A stretch of DNA of 60,434 bases, filler included. It is 8 parts of 8 records of this genome, joined end to end, with 100 filler letters (N's around TTAATTAATTAA, not from the genome) between each part and the next. Parts side by side here need not be neighbours in the genome. Positions count along the whole stretch, not along the records: positions 1 to 12,237 come from SRR31147125_29745; positions 12,338 to 17,347 come from SRR31147125_29756; positions 17,448 to 22,709 come from SRR31147125_29757; 5 more parts are not named here. One strand, given 5' to 3'. A program made the position numbers and the translations under genes. Positions 9,932-19,538 of this stretch are shown in pieces. Position 1 is the first letter of the stretch. Each line of letters opens with the position of its first letter. The notes below the pieces were generated by a model. That model was not told the DNA's origin. It did not search any database and saw nothing but the letters and a program-made list of their open reading frames with translations.

Positions 9932-11055
9932 ATGCAATTCATTGATCTTAAATCACAATATCGACAGATCGAAGCTGATGTTCAGCGGCGTATCAATACG
10001 GTGTTGGCGCATGGGCGATACATCATGGGGCCGGAGGTCAAGGAACTTGAAGAGGCCCTTGCCGAGTATGTCGGTGTCAAACACTGTATCGGGGTTGCCA
10101 GCGGGTCCGATGCCATCCAGGTGGCGCTCATGGCTTTGGAGGTCGGCCGGGGGGATGAGGTGATCGTCCCCACGTTCACGTTCATTGCTACGGCAGAGAT
10201 TATTTCACTTCTGGGTGCAACTCCTGTATTTGTGGACGTGGATCCCGCAACCTACACCATCGATTTAGATCAGATGGCGGCAGCTGTCACTGAAAAGACC
10301 CGGGCCATCATTCCGGTCAGTCTGTATGGGCAGTGCGCCGATGTTGATCGGATCAACGCCATTGCCGAAATAAATGGACTCAGTGTCATTGAAGATGGGG
10401 CGCAATCCTTTGGGGCCACGTATAAAGAAAAAGATCTTGTGGACTTTCCACCATCGGTTGTACCTCTTTTTTTCCTTCAAAGCCCTTGGGGGCTTATGGC
10501 GACGGTGGGGCCTGCTTCACCAATGATGAGTCACTTGCCAAGCTGATGCAGGAAATTCGGGTTCATGGTCAGGATCGACGCTACCATCATCCGCGCATCG
10601 GATTCAACGCCAGGTTGGATACCATCCAGGCCGCTATTCTGCTGTCGAAATTCAAAATTTTTCCTGAAGAGGTGGCGCAGCGGTGGGAAATCGGTAACCG
10701 ATACTCAGCGTTGATTAATGAGAAATGCCCTGAGATTGTAACGCCGGCCATTGCGCCATGGAACAGATCCGTATATGCCCAGTACACCATTCAAGTGGAG
10801 AATCGAGAGGCGGTGCAGGAAACATTGAAGGAAAAAGGAATTCCCACAGCGGTTCATTATCCGGTGCCGTTGCATCGTCAGCCTGCATTTTGTCAGGGCG
10901 AGGGCAGTGACGCCGGTGATGCCGTATCCCGTACCCCCTTTGATATGCCGGTGGCGGAAACGCTTTCTAAAAAGGTGATGAGTCTTCCCATGCATCCCGG
11001 TCTGACTGTGGCGGATCAAACTTTGATTGTGGATGCATTGGTGAAAGAGCTGTAA
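9932..11055 (+). CDS. DegT/DnrJ/EryC1/StrS sugar aminotransferase (WbpE-like), split by a single-base indel near 10425
   Basis: MQFIDLKSQY...IEDGAQSFGA in one frame. Continues in the next frame as SCGLSTIGCTSFFPSKPLGAYGDGG (PLP lysine) ...RLDTIQAA...LSLPMH-like C-terminus. Confidence 0.9.
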
Positions 11056-11143
11056 GTCCCGCCAATTTAGCAAGATATTTTCTCCCGCTATGAGAATTTG
11101 ATCTGTTTTTACGGAAAATTGTGAATAAGGATAGAATTATCAA

Positions 11144-12237
11144 ATGACCCACACCCCCAGTGTCACTTGCCTTGGTAAATTATTCAAGAATGAAACGGCA
11201 AGGAAAACCCATTTTAAAAGAGAACTTCAAAAAAAATGAACTCTCAGAAGTTTCGACAACTTCCGGGATTTCCCATCGCAAATGATGATGCTATTCTTTC
11301 GCTTTCCGATCCTCCCTACTATACCGCATGCCCCAATCCCTGGTTGAAGGATTTTATAAAATATTGGGAAGACGCCAAAAAAGAGATTCGTATTCCCTAC
11401 CATCGGGAACCCTTTGCAGCGAATGTTCGGGAGGGGCGAAGTGGTCTGTTTTACGATGCCCATTCCTACCACACAAAGGTCCCCCACAAGGCGATCATGC
11501 GGTATATTCTTCACTATACGGAGCCGGGCGATATCGTTTTCGATGGGTTTTGCGGTACCGGCATGACCGGAGTGGCGGCCCAGATGTGCGGGGATCGGGA
11601 TATGGTCGCGTCACTGGGATATAAAGTGGAAGAAGATGGGACTGTTTTGCAATCGGTGCCACTCGATCGTCTTTCTCAAAATGCCCAAACGGGTCAATCC
11701 GGCTCGAGTCATCTCAAAAATTCCAAAATTCCAAATAATTTCAATTTGTCAAGTGATGACCAATGGGGTCCTTTTTCCAGACTGGGGGCCAGAAGGGCCA
11801 TCTTGAATGATCTTTCTCCGGCAGCCTCATTCATCGCCTATAACTACAATACCCCCATGGATGCCGATCTGTTTAAGCAAGAGGCCGCGCGTATCCTTTC
11901 CGAAGTTGAAACCGACCTGGGGTGGATGTATGAAACCCGCCATACCGACGGCAAAACCAAAGGAAAAATCCATTATACGGTCTGGTCTGATCTTTTTTCA
12001 TGCCCGGAGTGTTCCGGTGAGGTGGTTTTCTGGGATGAGGCCGTCGATCACGAGGGCGGAAAAGTGTTCAAATCTTTTCCATGCCCCCACTGCCGGACGG
12101 CGCTCAGCAAGCGCAATATGAAACGGGTCTGGATGTCAAAGTTCGATCCGGCCCTGAATAGAGAAATTCGTCTTGCCAGACAGATTCCGGTGCGCATCAA
12201 TTACTCCATTGAAGGGAGTCGGCAACGGTTTGAAAAA
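11144..12237 (+). CDS. DNA methyltransferase, BREX type 3 PglXI-like; partial (3' truncated by contig end), poly-A indel near 11230
   Basis: MTHTPSVTCLGKLFKNETARK... joins to LSDPPYYTACPNPW, HSYHTKVPHKAIMRYILHYT and SAM-binding motif I VFDGFCGTGMTG; CxxC pairs. Confidence 0.8.
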
Positions 12238-12337
12238 NNNNNNNNNNNNNNNNNNNNNNNNNNNNNNNNNNNNNNNNNNNNTTAATTAATTAANNNNNNN
12301 NNNNNNNNNNNNNNNNNNNNNNNNNNNNNNNNNNNNN
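12238..12337. other. Artificial contig linker
   Basis: 44 N + TTAATTAATTAA (stops in all six frames) + 44 N. Confidence 0.99.
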
Positions 12338-13162
12338 CATCATTTTCATCGTACCCTTGTAGGTACCGATATCAAGAGTCATCAGCATCGCTCCCTGCTT
12401 CTTGTCCAGGTCGCCGGTAATGGCTTCAATACCTTTAATGATCTCATCTTCCCGATCTGCAGGAATCGTGGCCAGGATGGTATTCGAGCGGTTTTTCTGC
12501 TCGTTCATGAAACCGATGAAGGTAGCGAACAGCGGAACGTTGGAGATGTACTGACCCATTCCGGAGGAGTCGAGGATGGTGGCGCCCTCCACGCCTTCCT
12601 CCAGGAAGTATTCCAGCACATGGTAGATGAAATCCTCCATGTAGAGGATGAGAACCAGGAGTTTCATTTCCCGCTTGCTGACCGGAGCGTCGTCGGTTTT
12701 CTCCCCTGTATGACGCAGGAAGCTTTCAGCTATCACTTCGTTGGATCCGGCGGACAAAAGCTCCTGCTTCAGTGTGGTGGTGCTCAGCGCCCGGGACAAT
12801 GCAGCGAGGATCTGGACATGCTCGGAAGGTCGGTCTTCGGGTCCCAGGATCACAAAGAACAGTTTGACCTTCTTTTTGTCCAGGGCGTCAAAGTCCACAC
12901 CTTTTGCGGCGTGGGCAGCAAAAACAAGGAAATCGTTCATTCCGGCGACCCGGGCATGGGGAATGGCCAATTCTCCGCCGAAACCGGTGGAGCCCTGACT
13001 TTCACGTTCCGAAAGGGCCAGGGCGATGGCCTTCTCACTGGCGCTGCCGATTTTCGGGCTGCGGGCAGCCAGCGCGGCCAGTGACTCGATGGCGGCGTCC
13101 TTGTTCTTCGCCTTCAGGCTGGTGGAGCAGGATGCGGGTTCGAATATCGCGGCAAGATCCAT
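12338..13162 (-). CDS. PTS EIIA (Ntr/fructose-type) domain fused to a C-terminal PII-like domain; stop codon lost at contig end
   Basis: ERESQGSTGFGGELAIPHAR (phospho-His motif), then MKLLVLIL...GVEGATILDSSGMG...PLFA. Confidence 0.8.
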
Positions 13163-14486
13163 CAGGAAGCCTCCTTGTCGTCTACATCTTCAATCTCGAG
13201 GGCTTTCACTATCGCGTATTTGGAAATCGGCGGGCCGGTCAGTTCATTGACGAATACCGACAGAAGAATGATATTCACCATCATCGTGATGATATCTTTC
13301 TGTGCCTGTTCCAGTGTGGCGATCATCGGCGATGCCTGAATCATCAGCACCAGGCCGATGGCGACACCGGCCTGGGGCAGCATGCAGTAGCCGAGGTATT
13401 TCCGGATGTTCGGCCTGGATCTAGCCAGTACCGCTCCACCCCAGACACCGAATACCTTTCCGAAGGCCCGGGCGACGATGAATACCAGACCCAGGATGAG
13501 AATGTCGCCATGGATGAATATCGTCGGATCCAGTTCCGTACCGGCGATTGCGAAAAACAGCGCATAGATGGGCGGGGTCAGCGGTTCCAGATTTCGGAAT
13601 ATCCGATGGTTTCTGGGCGACATATTGATGAGCACCATGCCGGCTGCCATGTTGGAAAGCAGAGGAGAGAGGTGGAACACCAGGGTAACGGCGGTGAGCA
13701 GGAAGATCCACCCGAGAGCGATGATCATCAGCTCGCCGTTGTGATTCTTTTCCTCGATAACTTGTGGATGACCCAGCCGACACCGCCGCCGATGATGATA
13801 GACAGCAGAATCTCCTTGAATGCTCCCCAGACAACGGCGAGGCCGCCGCTGGCATTAGCACCGTGGACGGCGGCTTCCGCGGCGTGAGCCCCTGTTGCCG
13901 CTGCGGCGGAATCGCCGGTCAGAATACTAGACACGACCGCGAAGACGATGCCGAAAATGATCACCGCCCCAGCATCATCCAATGCCACTATCCCGTACAG
14001 ACGGTCAACGAACGGACCATGGGCACGCAGGGACTGGACGATGGCCACCGTTGCCGCCGGTGCCGTCGCAGTTGCGATGGCACCGAGCATCAGGGCGAAG
14101 GGCAGGGGAAGTTTGAAAAGCCAGAGCCCCAGAGTGACGGCGACGAGGGTCAGCAGGATCTGGCTGACCGTGAGGACCACAACCTCCATCCCCATGCGTT
14201 TCAGTTTGGATATGGAGAATTCGCCGCCGATTGTGAGTGCGATGAGTCCCAGCGCCACATCCGTGACGATCTGCAGGGACTCACTCATATCATGGTGGAT
14301 TATGCCCAGGGCCGCGTCGCCCAGGAGGAGTCCGGCGATGATGTAGCCGGTAATCTCGGGCAGGTGGATCCGGGACACGAGCTTCCCGAGAAAATAACCC
14401 AGGATCAGCAGCATGCCGGTGGAAAAGAGGCCATGGTGGATCATCAGATCCCGCAGGGCCGTCAGTTCGGCAACGATGTATTCCAT
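13162..14486 (-). CDS. Cation:proton antiporter (Na+/H+ exchanger family), split by a poly-A indel near 13750
   Basis: Hydrophobic helices; LPEITGYIIAG, ATATAPAAT, GIVALDDA, PQAGVAIGL. The frames rejoin as ...RKKNHNGELMIIALG. Confidence 0.88.
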
Positions 14487-14548
14487 GAACCGATTGTACA
14501 GGAGGAGGAATGCTTGTAGAACCCGAGGGAACAGGCAGATCCGTTGTA

Positions 14549-15055
14549 TCAGTTTCCGAGGGCTGCTAATGCCGAGTCATAATCCGGTTCATCGGCGTTT
14601 TCTGAAACCTGTTGTGTGTAGACAACCATACCTTTCTCGTCTGTGACAACCACGGATCGCGAATAGAGTCCTTCCACCGGTCCGTCGGTGAAGGTGACGC
14701 CGAAGTCGCTTCCGAAGCGGTCATCCTTCATCGATGACAGGCTGATGACCCTATCGAGTCCTTCTGCGCCGCAGAATCGCGACTGGGCGAAAGGTAGGTC
14801 TCTCGAAACACAGAGAATGGCGACATCATCACCCATGGATCCTGCTTCGGCATTGAACTTGCGAACCGACGCCGCACAGGTGCCTGTATCGATGCTGGTA
14901 AAGATATTGAATACCAGCTTTTTACCCTCGAAATCCACCGCACTCTTGTCGCTGAGATCTCCAGCGGTCAGGTTGAAATCGGGTATCCGGCTTCCTACTG
15001 CAGGAAGGGATCCTATCGTATTCTGGGGAGTACCCCCGACAGTGATAGTGGCCAT
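14549..15055 (-). CDS. tpx: Thiol peroxidase (atypical 2-Cys peroxiredoxin)
   Basis: SIDTGTCAASVRKFN and SRDLPFAQSRFCGAEG; AGGAG RBS. Confidence 0.95.
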   Translation of the reverse strand: MATITVGGTPQNTIGSLPAVGSRIPDFNLTAGDLSDKSAVDFEGKKLVFNIFTSIDTGTCAASVRKFNAEAGSMGDDVAILCVSRDLPFAQSRFCGAEGLDRVISLSSMKDDRFGSDFGVTFTDGPVEGLYSRSVVVTDEKGMVVYTQQVSENADEPDYDSALAALGN

Positions 15056-15154
15056 AGCTACTCCTAATAATATTAGTTGAATACTAATATATTTCTTCAG
15101 AACAACCGGAAATGCAAATTTTCAACAGATTTCTGTTGATGGCAGCTCTGGACG

Positions 15155-16092
15155 TTATTCGTTGTCCTGGTTTTCAGGTCCGGCGGCGTTCTCGTCATAC
15201 AGTTCGGATGTGGTCTTGTAGGGCACTCTGGCCGAAGGGACATGTTCGGAGGCCGGTCCGGCATGGCGGTCCTGATCGTCGAAGAATATATGTGCGTTGA
15301 AGGCCTTAAGGACCTGATCTTTCTTGAGGCCTCCCAGGAAGTAGGCCTCATCAACGGTGACCCCCAGCTTCGCAGCGTCAGAATAACCCTCTCATGGGCC
15401 GGCCGGTCACGGGCGGTGACCAGCGCGATACGTACCAGAGGATCTTCCGACAGACTTTTTATCCGGGAGAGGGTTTTCAGCACACGTCCGAACGGACCTT
15501 CCGGGAGAGGCACTTCTGCGAAGACTTTTTCATTTTCCAGAAAGGCGTCCAGGCCCTGCTGTTTGTATATAATCTCCGAATCCTCGCTGAATATCACGGC
15601 ATCACCGTCGAAAGCAATGCGGATTTCATCGGCATCGGGGTTGAAGGATTCCGGCGGCGCATACAGTTGAGCCGCGGCGATACCATGATCCGACGCATCC
15701 TGAACGTCCTCGGCGTTCTTCGAAAGGAACAGATCCACCGAATATGCCTCAAGGAACGGTCCCAGGGGTTCTCCGCCGGAGAATGCAGCGCGTGTAATTG
15801 CCAGGTTGTAGAAATCGATGGAGTTCATCACCCGCAGGCCGGTCTGCGGATTGTTCTGGCTCATAATGACCACTTCCACCAGGTGCTCACCCAGTTTCTC
15901 ATTCAGCTTCAGAAAGGCTTCTACCAGCGGAAAAGCCGTACCGGGATCCAGTACCCGTGCCTCGTTGTCCTTCTGGTACTCCGAATAGGCCTTGAGACCC
16001 TGCTGCTCAAATATCCGGTTCTCTGTCTCCAGGTCGAAAAGAGCCCGGGAAGAGATGCCGATCACCATTGTATCTGTCAGATCCGGAGCCAT
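15155..16092 (-). CDS. 5'-nucleotidase (cN-IB-like, HAD-type), poly-G indel near 15363
   Basis: IGISSRALFDL, RIAFDGDAVIFS, IALVTAR. The repaired C-terminus reads WGVTVDEAYFLGG...HIFFDDQ and ends at TAA 15157-15155. Confidence 0.88.
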
Positions 16093-16340
16093 CAGATATA
16101 CCTCTTCTATTAATATAACGGTTACTCCACCATTGTGGCGGCGTTTTATTGGTGACGTGCAATCCTGCGTTGCCGTCGTTGTGTTTGTGAACCGGATTTT
16201 CCCTGATGACGGATCCTTACGCTCCGGCCCGAAGGAGTGATATTTTTTTCTGAGAACAGTCTTTTTATTCTATGCCTCGTATGGACTTGTTGGATACAGC
16301 CGGAAAACAGATCTGAAGTCGTAAAAAAAGCAGAATAGTT

Positions 16341-16369
16341 TTGATTTTTCGGGCTCGACAGGTTACATT
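16341..16369 (+). promoter_or_regulatory. Putative sigma70 promoter
   Basis: TTGATT-N17-TACATT just upstream of a structured non-coding segment. Confidence 0.4.
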
Positions 16370-16375
16370 TATATC

Positions 16376-16600
16376 AGGACATTCAATCCATTCAGGGAGG
16401 TTCACCATGCAGGACCCACCCAAAGGTGTATGCCGGTAAATGCCGGCACTATAAGAGGTTATGTCCGACAGGGAGGCGCCTATCGACGAGCAAACTCCAA
16501 CATATCGGACCAACAATCACGGTTGAACAACCGTAAAATAACGAACCCTCTGAAATGATTTTCACAGGGCTATAGACCGGCTTCAGGCCGGTCTTTTTTT
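16376..16600 (+). ncRNA. Candidate structured small RNA (unassigned)
   Basis: Closing stem 16391-16403/16543-16554 encloses four hairpins; upstream promoter and downstream terminator; no convincing ORF. Confidence 0.4.
16574..16600 (+). terminator. Rho-independent terminator
   Basis: AGACCGGC-TTCAG-GCCGGTCT followed by a T run. Confidence 0.8.
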
Positions 16601-16977
16601 GCCCATGTGGAAACAAATAAATCTGCATTTATTTATTTATGCCGTTGCGCGTATTTTCTCATCGCGTGAAGACTCGCCTCCTGGCAATCAAGCGGAATTT
16701 CACAGCCGGCTCCGACGGTCCAGGCCGGTGCGGACTCCTTTTCGCAGTGATGGAGTCGGGTGGCAAACGCCATTGTGATGGGCATGAAGGGCTGTTTCTC
16801 CGCCGGCAGGTGCTTCATTACAGCAGTTGCACATTCTTTCGTAGTCATGGGAGTATTCTACGTCCGGGACCGGATGGATGCCATCAGTACCTGTCGGCAT
16901 CGATTCCGGCTCAGACCGTATGGTGAATTACTTACGGAATGAAAGGTATTTGAGTAAAATATGACCGAGGAATTCCG

Positions 16978-17347
16978 GTGAGAGATATCTCCGAGTTATC
17001 AGAGTCCACAACATCCTACGAATTGTTCACCCATGTCTATTGGCGTATCGTCACCCGTGAAATCACAGATTTTTCACAGCTCGTCGACTACCTCAAATCC
17101 GTAGAAGAGGGTTCCAGGAAAGACTATGTGTTGAAGGCGGCCTTTCCTCTTATTCGTGAAATCCACTGGGGTTTCTTCCGGGAATTGAACGCCCGAACCT
17201 GGCCCAAGCTCTGGGGAGATCTGATACGTCCCCATGCGAGATACGATTTCGCCGGCGAGCTGAAACGCAGTATGACCATCACTGACATCTACTGCGGATT
17301 TGTGGATATACATGGCTATACCGCACTGACCAGGAGTTCCAAAGACG
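16978..17347 (+). CDS. Class III adenylate/guanylate cyclase-like protein, N-terminal fragment
   Basis: GAGG RBS; the ORF ends in IYCGFVDIHGYTALT, resembling the F.DI.G(F/Y)T first catalytic motif. Confidence 0.55.
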
Positions 17348-17447
17348 NNNNNNNNNNNNNNNNNNNNNNNNNNNNNNNNNNNNNNNNNNNNTTAATTAAT
17401 TAANNNNNNNNNNNNNNNNNNNNNNNNNNNNNNNNNNNNNNNNNNNN
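17348..17447. other. Artificial contig linker
   Basis: 44 N + TTAATTAATTAA + 44 N. Confidence 0.99.
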
Positions 17448-17597
17448 GTCATAAACGGTTCAAGATGAGGCACTGATCCGTTTATGACTCAATTGTTGAT
17501 GGTATTTGTCCTGTTTTATTGGTGCTGTACTTTATTAACCATCATGAATCTTTATGCATTTTAAATGATTCAGTAAATGGAACTGATGCCCTGAAAT

Positions 17598-17613
17598 TGG
17601 CACGGAAACTGCG
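17598..17613 (+). promoter_or_regulatory. Putative sigma54 -24/-12 promoter
   Basis: TGGCAC-GGAAA-CTGCG just upstream of the kdd-like gene. Confidence 0.6.
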
Positions 17614-17624
17614 GATTCTGATAA

Positions 17625-18350
17625 GTGAAAGAATTTAAAAGCTCTATTCAGACTTAGCAGTAGAGAGATCTTTACCAATGAGGTCTTCCGTGCAAGCTGC
17701 AGAGAGGATCAACCTGATCCGACCAATCTTTTCAAACGAAATTCTTATCGATGTGCTCGCGTTGCAACCTACATCGACAGCTTTTGATCGTATCAGACAG
17801 GCGTGTGGAGGGAACATCGCCACATCAAATATGCTATTCTCGATATTGTTGAAAAACAGGGGAAGTTTCAGGACCCAGTAACAAAATCCGGCGGGATTCT
17901 TATTGGTTATGTGAAATCGATCGGCGATGATGTAAGGGATCAAACCGATTTGAAACCAGGGGAGAAAATAGCAACGCTCGTATCACTTTCACTGACACCG
18001 TTAAAGCTTGACGAAATAGTAGACATAGATCTGAACACCGATCAGGTAAAGGTCAAAGGAACGGCCATTTTGTTTGCCAGCGGTGGGTACGCAAAATTAC
18101 CAGACGATCTTCCAGAGACACTTGCCATGGCAGTTCTCGATGTTGCGGGGGCCCCGGTCCAGGTCAGGCTCAATGCTATACCCGGGGATACGGTGCTCGT
18201 TCTCGGGGCAGGCAAGGCAGGATTGCTTTGCCTTCAGGAAGCCATGAACCGAGTATACCCAACTGGAAAGGTCGTCTGCATCGAATTCAGCAAAACCCAG
18301 TGCACAGTTGTGGAAGAGCTTGGTCTCGCCCATCACGTTATACAGGCTCA
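17625..18350 (+). pseudogene. kdd: L-erythro-3,5-diaminohexanoate dehydrogenase-like (lysine fermentation), C-terminally truncated
   Basis: NEILIDV, PVTKSGGILIG, IATLVSLSLTPL, LPDDLPETLAMAVLDVAGAP, VLGAGKAGLLC. Similarity stops at HHVIQA; the start is approximate. Confidence 0.7.
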
Positions 18351-18624
18351 ACGTATTTCCAATCAAAATTCTGCCGTTGCGAGATCGTAACAAAGATATC
18401 ATCACGCTGGGGATACGATTCGGGAGCTTAACATGGATCTTGTCAACCGGCAGGCGGTACCAAATGGCAGCCTCAATACCATCCTGGCTCAGACGGAATA
18501 CAATATTTTGAAAACTATCCGGAAGAGCCACAAAACTACAAGGGAGATGGCCGGTGCTTTAGGGTTGAGTCAAACAACGCTTGTCAGAAAATTGAAAAAA
18601 TTCCAGCGATCTCCAATTCGCTAA
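18338..18624 (+). pseudogene. Remnants of a sigma54-dependent activator (end of AAA+ domain and C-terminal HTH)
   Basis: LYRLNVFPIKILPLRDRNKDI (from 18338) and TTREMAGALGLSQTTLVRKLKK (18433-18624) lie in different frames, and the rest of the protein is missing. Confidence 0.65.
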
Positions 18625-18830
18625 TGACTTATGTCAGGATTGTGCAGATCAACCAGAGTGGTGATAGTCTGTTGTGGAGGAGCACAAATCTCTGTGTGGG
18701 GATCATTTAAGCTCAAGAGTTTGCTCATTGATTTTCTCTTGCCCCGGAACTATATCTAAAATTGCACAATATAGTAATTAACCCTCTACAGATACTGGCA
18801 GATCAGTGCCAACGGCAGGAGGAGCCGCTT

Positions 18831-19502
18831 ATGCAAGCACGACATATTTTCGTAACGGTGGTCGCAGCATCAGTTCTCGTATTTGTTCTTATGGGCAGCG
18901 GGGCCCAGGCCGCAGGGGATGAAGTCTTTGATTCCGAAAAGATCATCAGCGAAATCGAGGAGCAGCTCAAACTTTCAAAGGAACAGTGGGAGAAGCTCAA
19001 GCCCGTTATCGAAGAGAAAAGTGCCGAGCTGTCGAAGAGTATGGGGGAGTCGGTTGACAAGGGGTTTGCGGAGCTTGAAAAGTTGTCACGGCAGCTTGAA
19101 ATGATGTCCAGTGATGCCGAGAGCAAAATCAAGGAAATCGTCACCAGCGAAGAGGCTCAGCGGTTCAAGGATTACCTTGCCAAGGTCGACGAAGAGGCGA
19201 TCGAACAGGCCAGGGACAAAATGATTGCCGACCTCAACGAACTGCTCGCATTGTCCGCAGAGCAGGCACAGAAAATCGAGCCGGTGCTCAGGGAAACGTT
19301 CAGTGAGTTGAGCGCACTGGTTCTTGGACTCACAGAAGAAGGCACCCGCAACTGGAACGAATTCAAGAACGAATTTGAGACGCTCACGAGGGATCTGTAC
19401 GACCGGGTAAAGAGTACCCTCGACGCTGAGCAGATGGAAAAGCTCGAGCAGTATAACGAAGATCAGAAAGAGAACATCGAACGGGTTATATTTAGAGTTT
19501 GA
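18831..19502 (+). CDS. Exported alpha-helical hypothetical protein with an internal duplication
   Basis: AGGAGGAG RBS; signal peptide ending AQA; repeated unit LKLSKEQWEKLKPVI / LALSAEQAQKIEPVL. Confidence 0.75.
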   Translation: MQARHIFVTVVAASVLVFVLMGSGAQAAGDEVFDSEKIISEIEEQLKLSKEQWEKLKPVIEEKSAELSKSMGESVDKGFAELEKLSRQLEMMSSDAESKIKEIVTSEEAQRFKDYLAKVDEEAIEQARDKMIADLNELLALSAEQAQKIEPVLRETFSELSALVLGLTEEGTRNWNEFKNEFETLTRDLYDRVKSTLDAEQMEKLEQYNEDQKENIERVIFRV

Positions 19503-19538
19503 TCGGCCGGTATACCGGACATACTGAATTGGGGGCTC

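Noticed and set aside
12904-16113. Long plus-strand ORFs (327, 251 and 239 aa)
   Set aside because: They are antisense to the well-supported antiporter and nucleotidase genes in GC-rich DNA.
16633-16848. 71-aa minus-strand ORF as a gene
   Set aside because: It may be real, since it converges on the terminator, but it has no clear RBS or recognisable motif.
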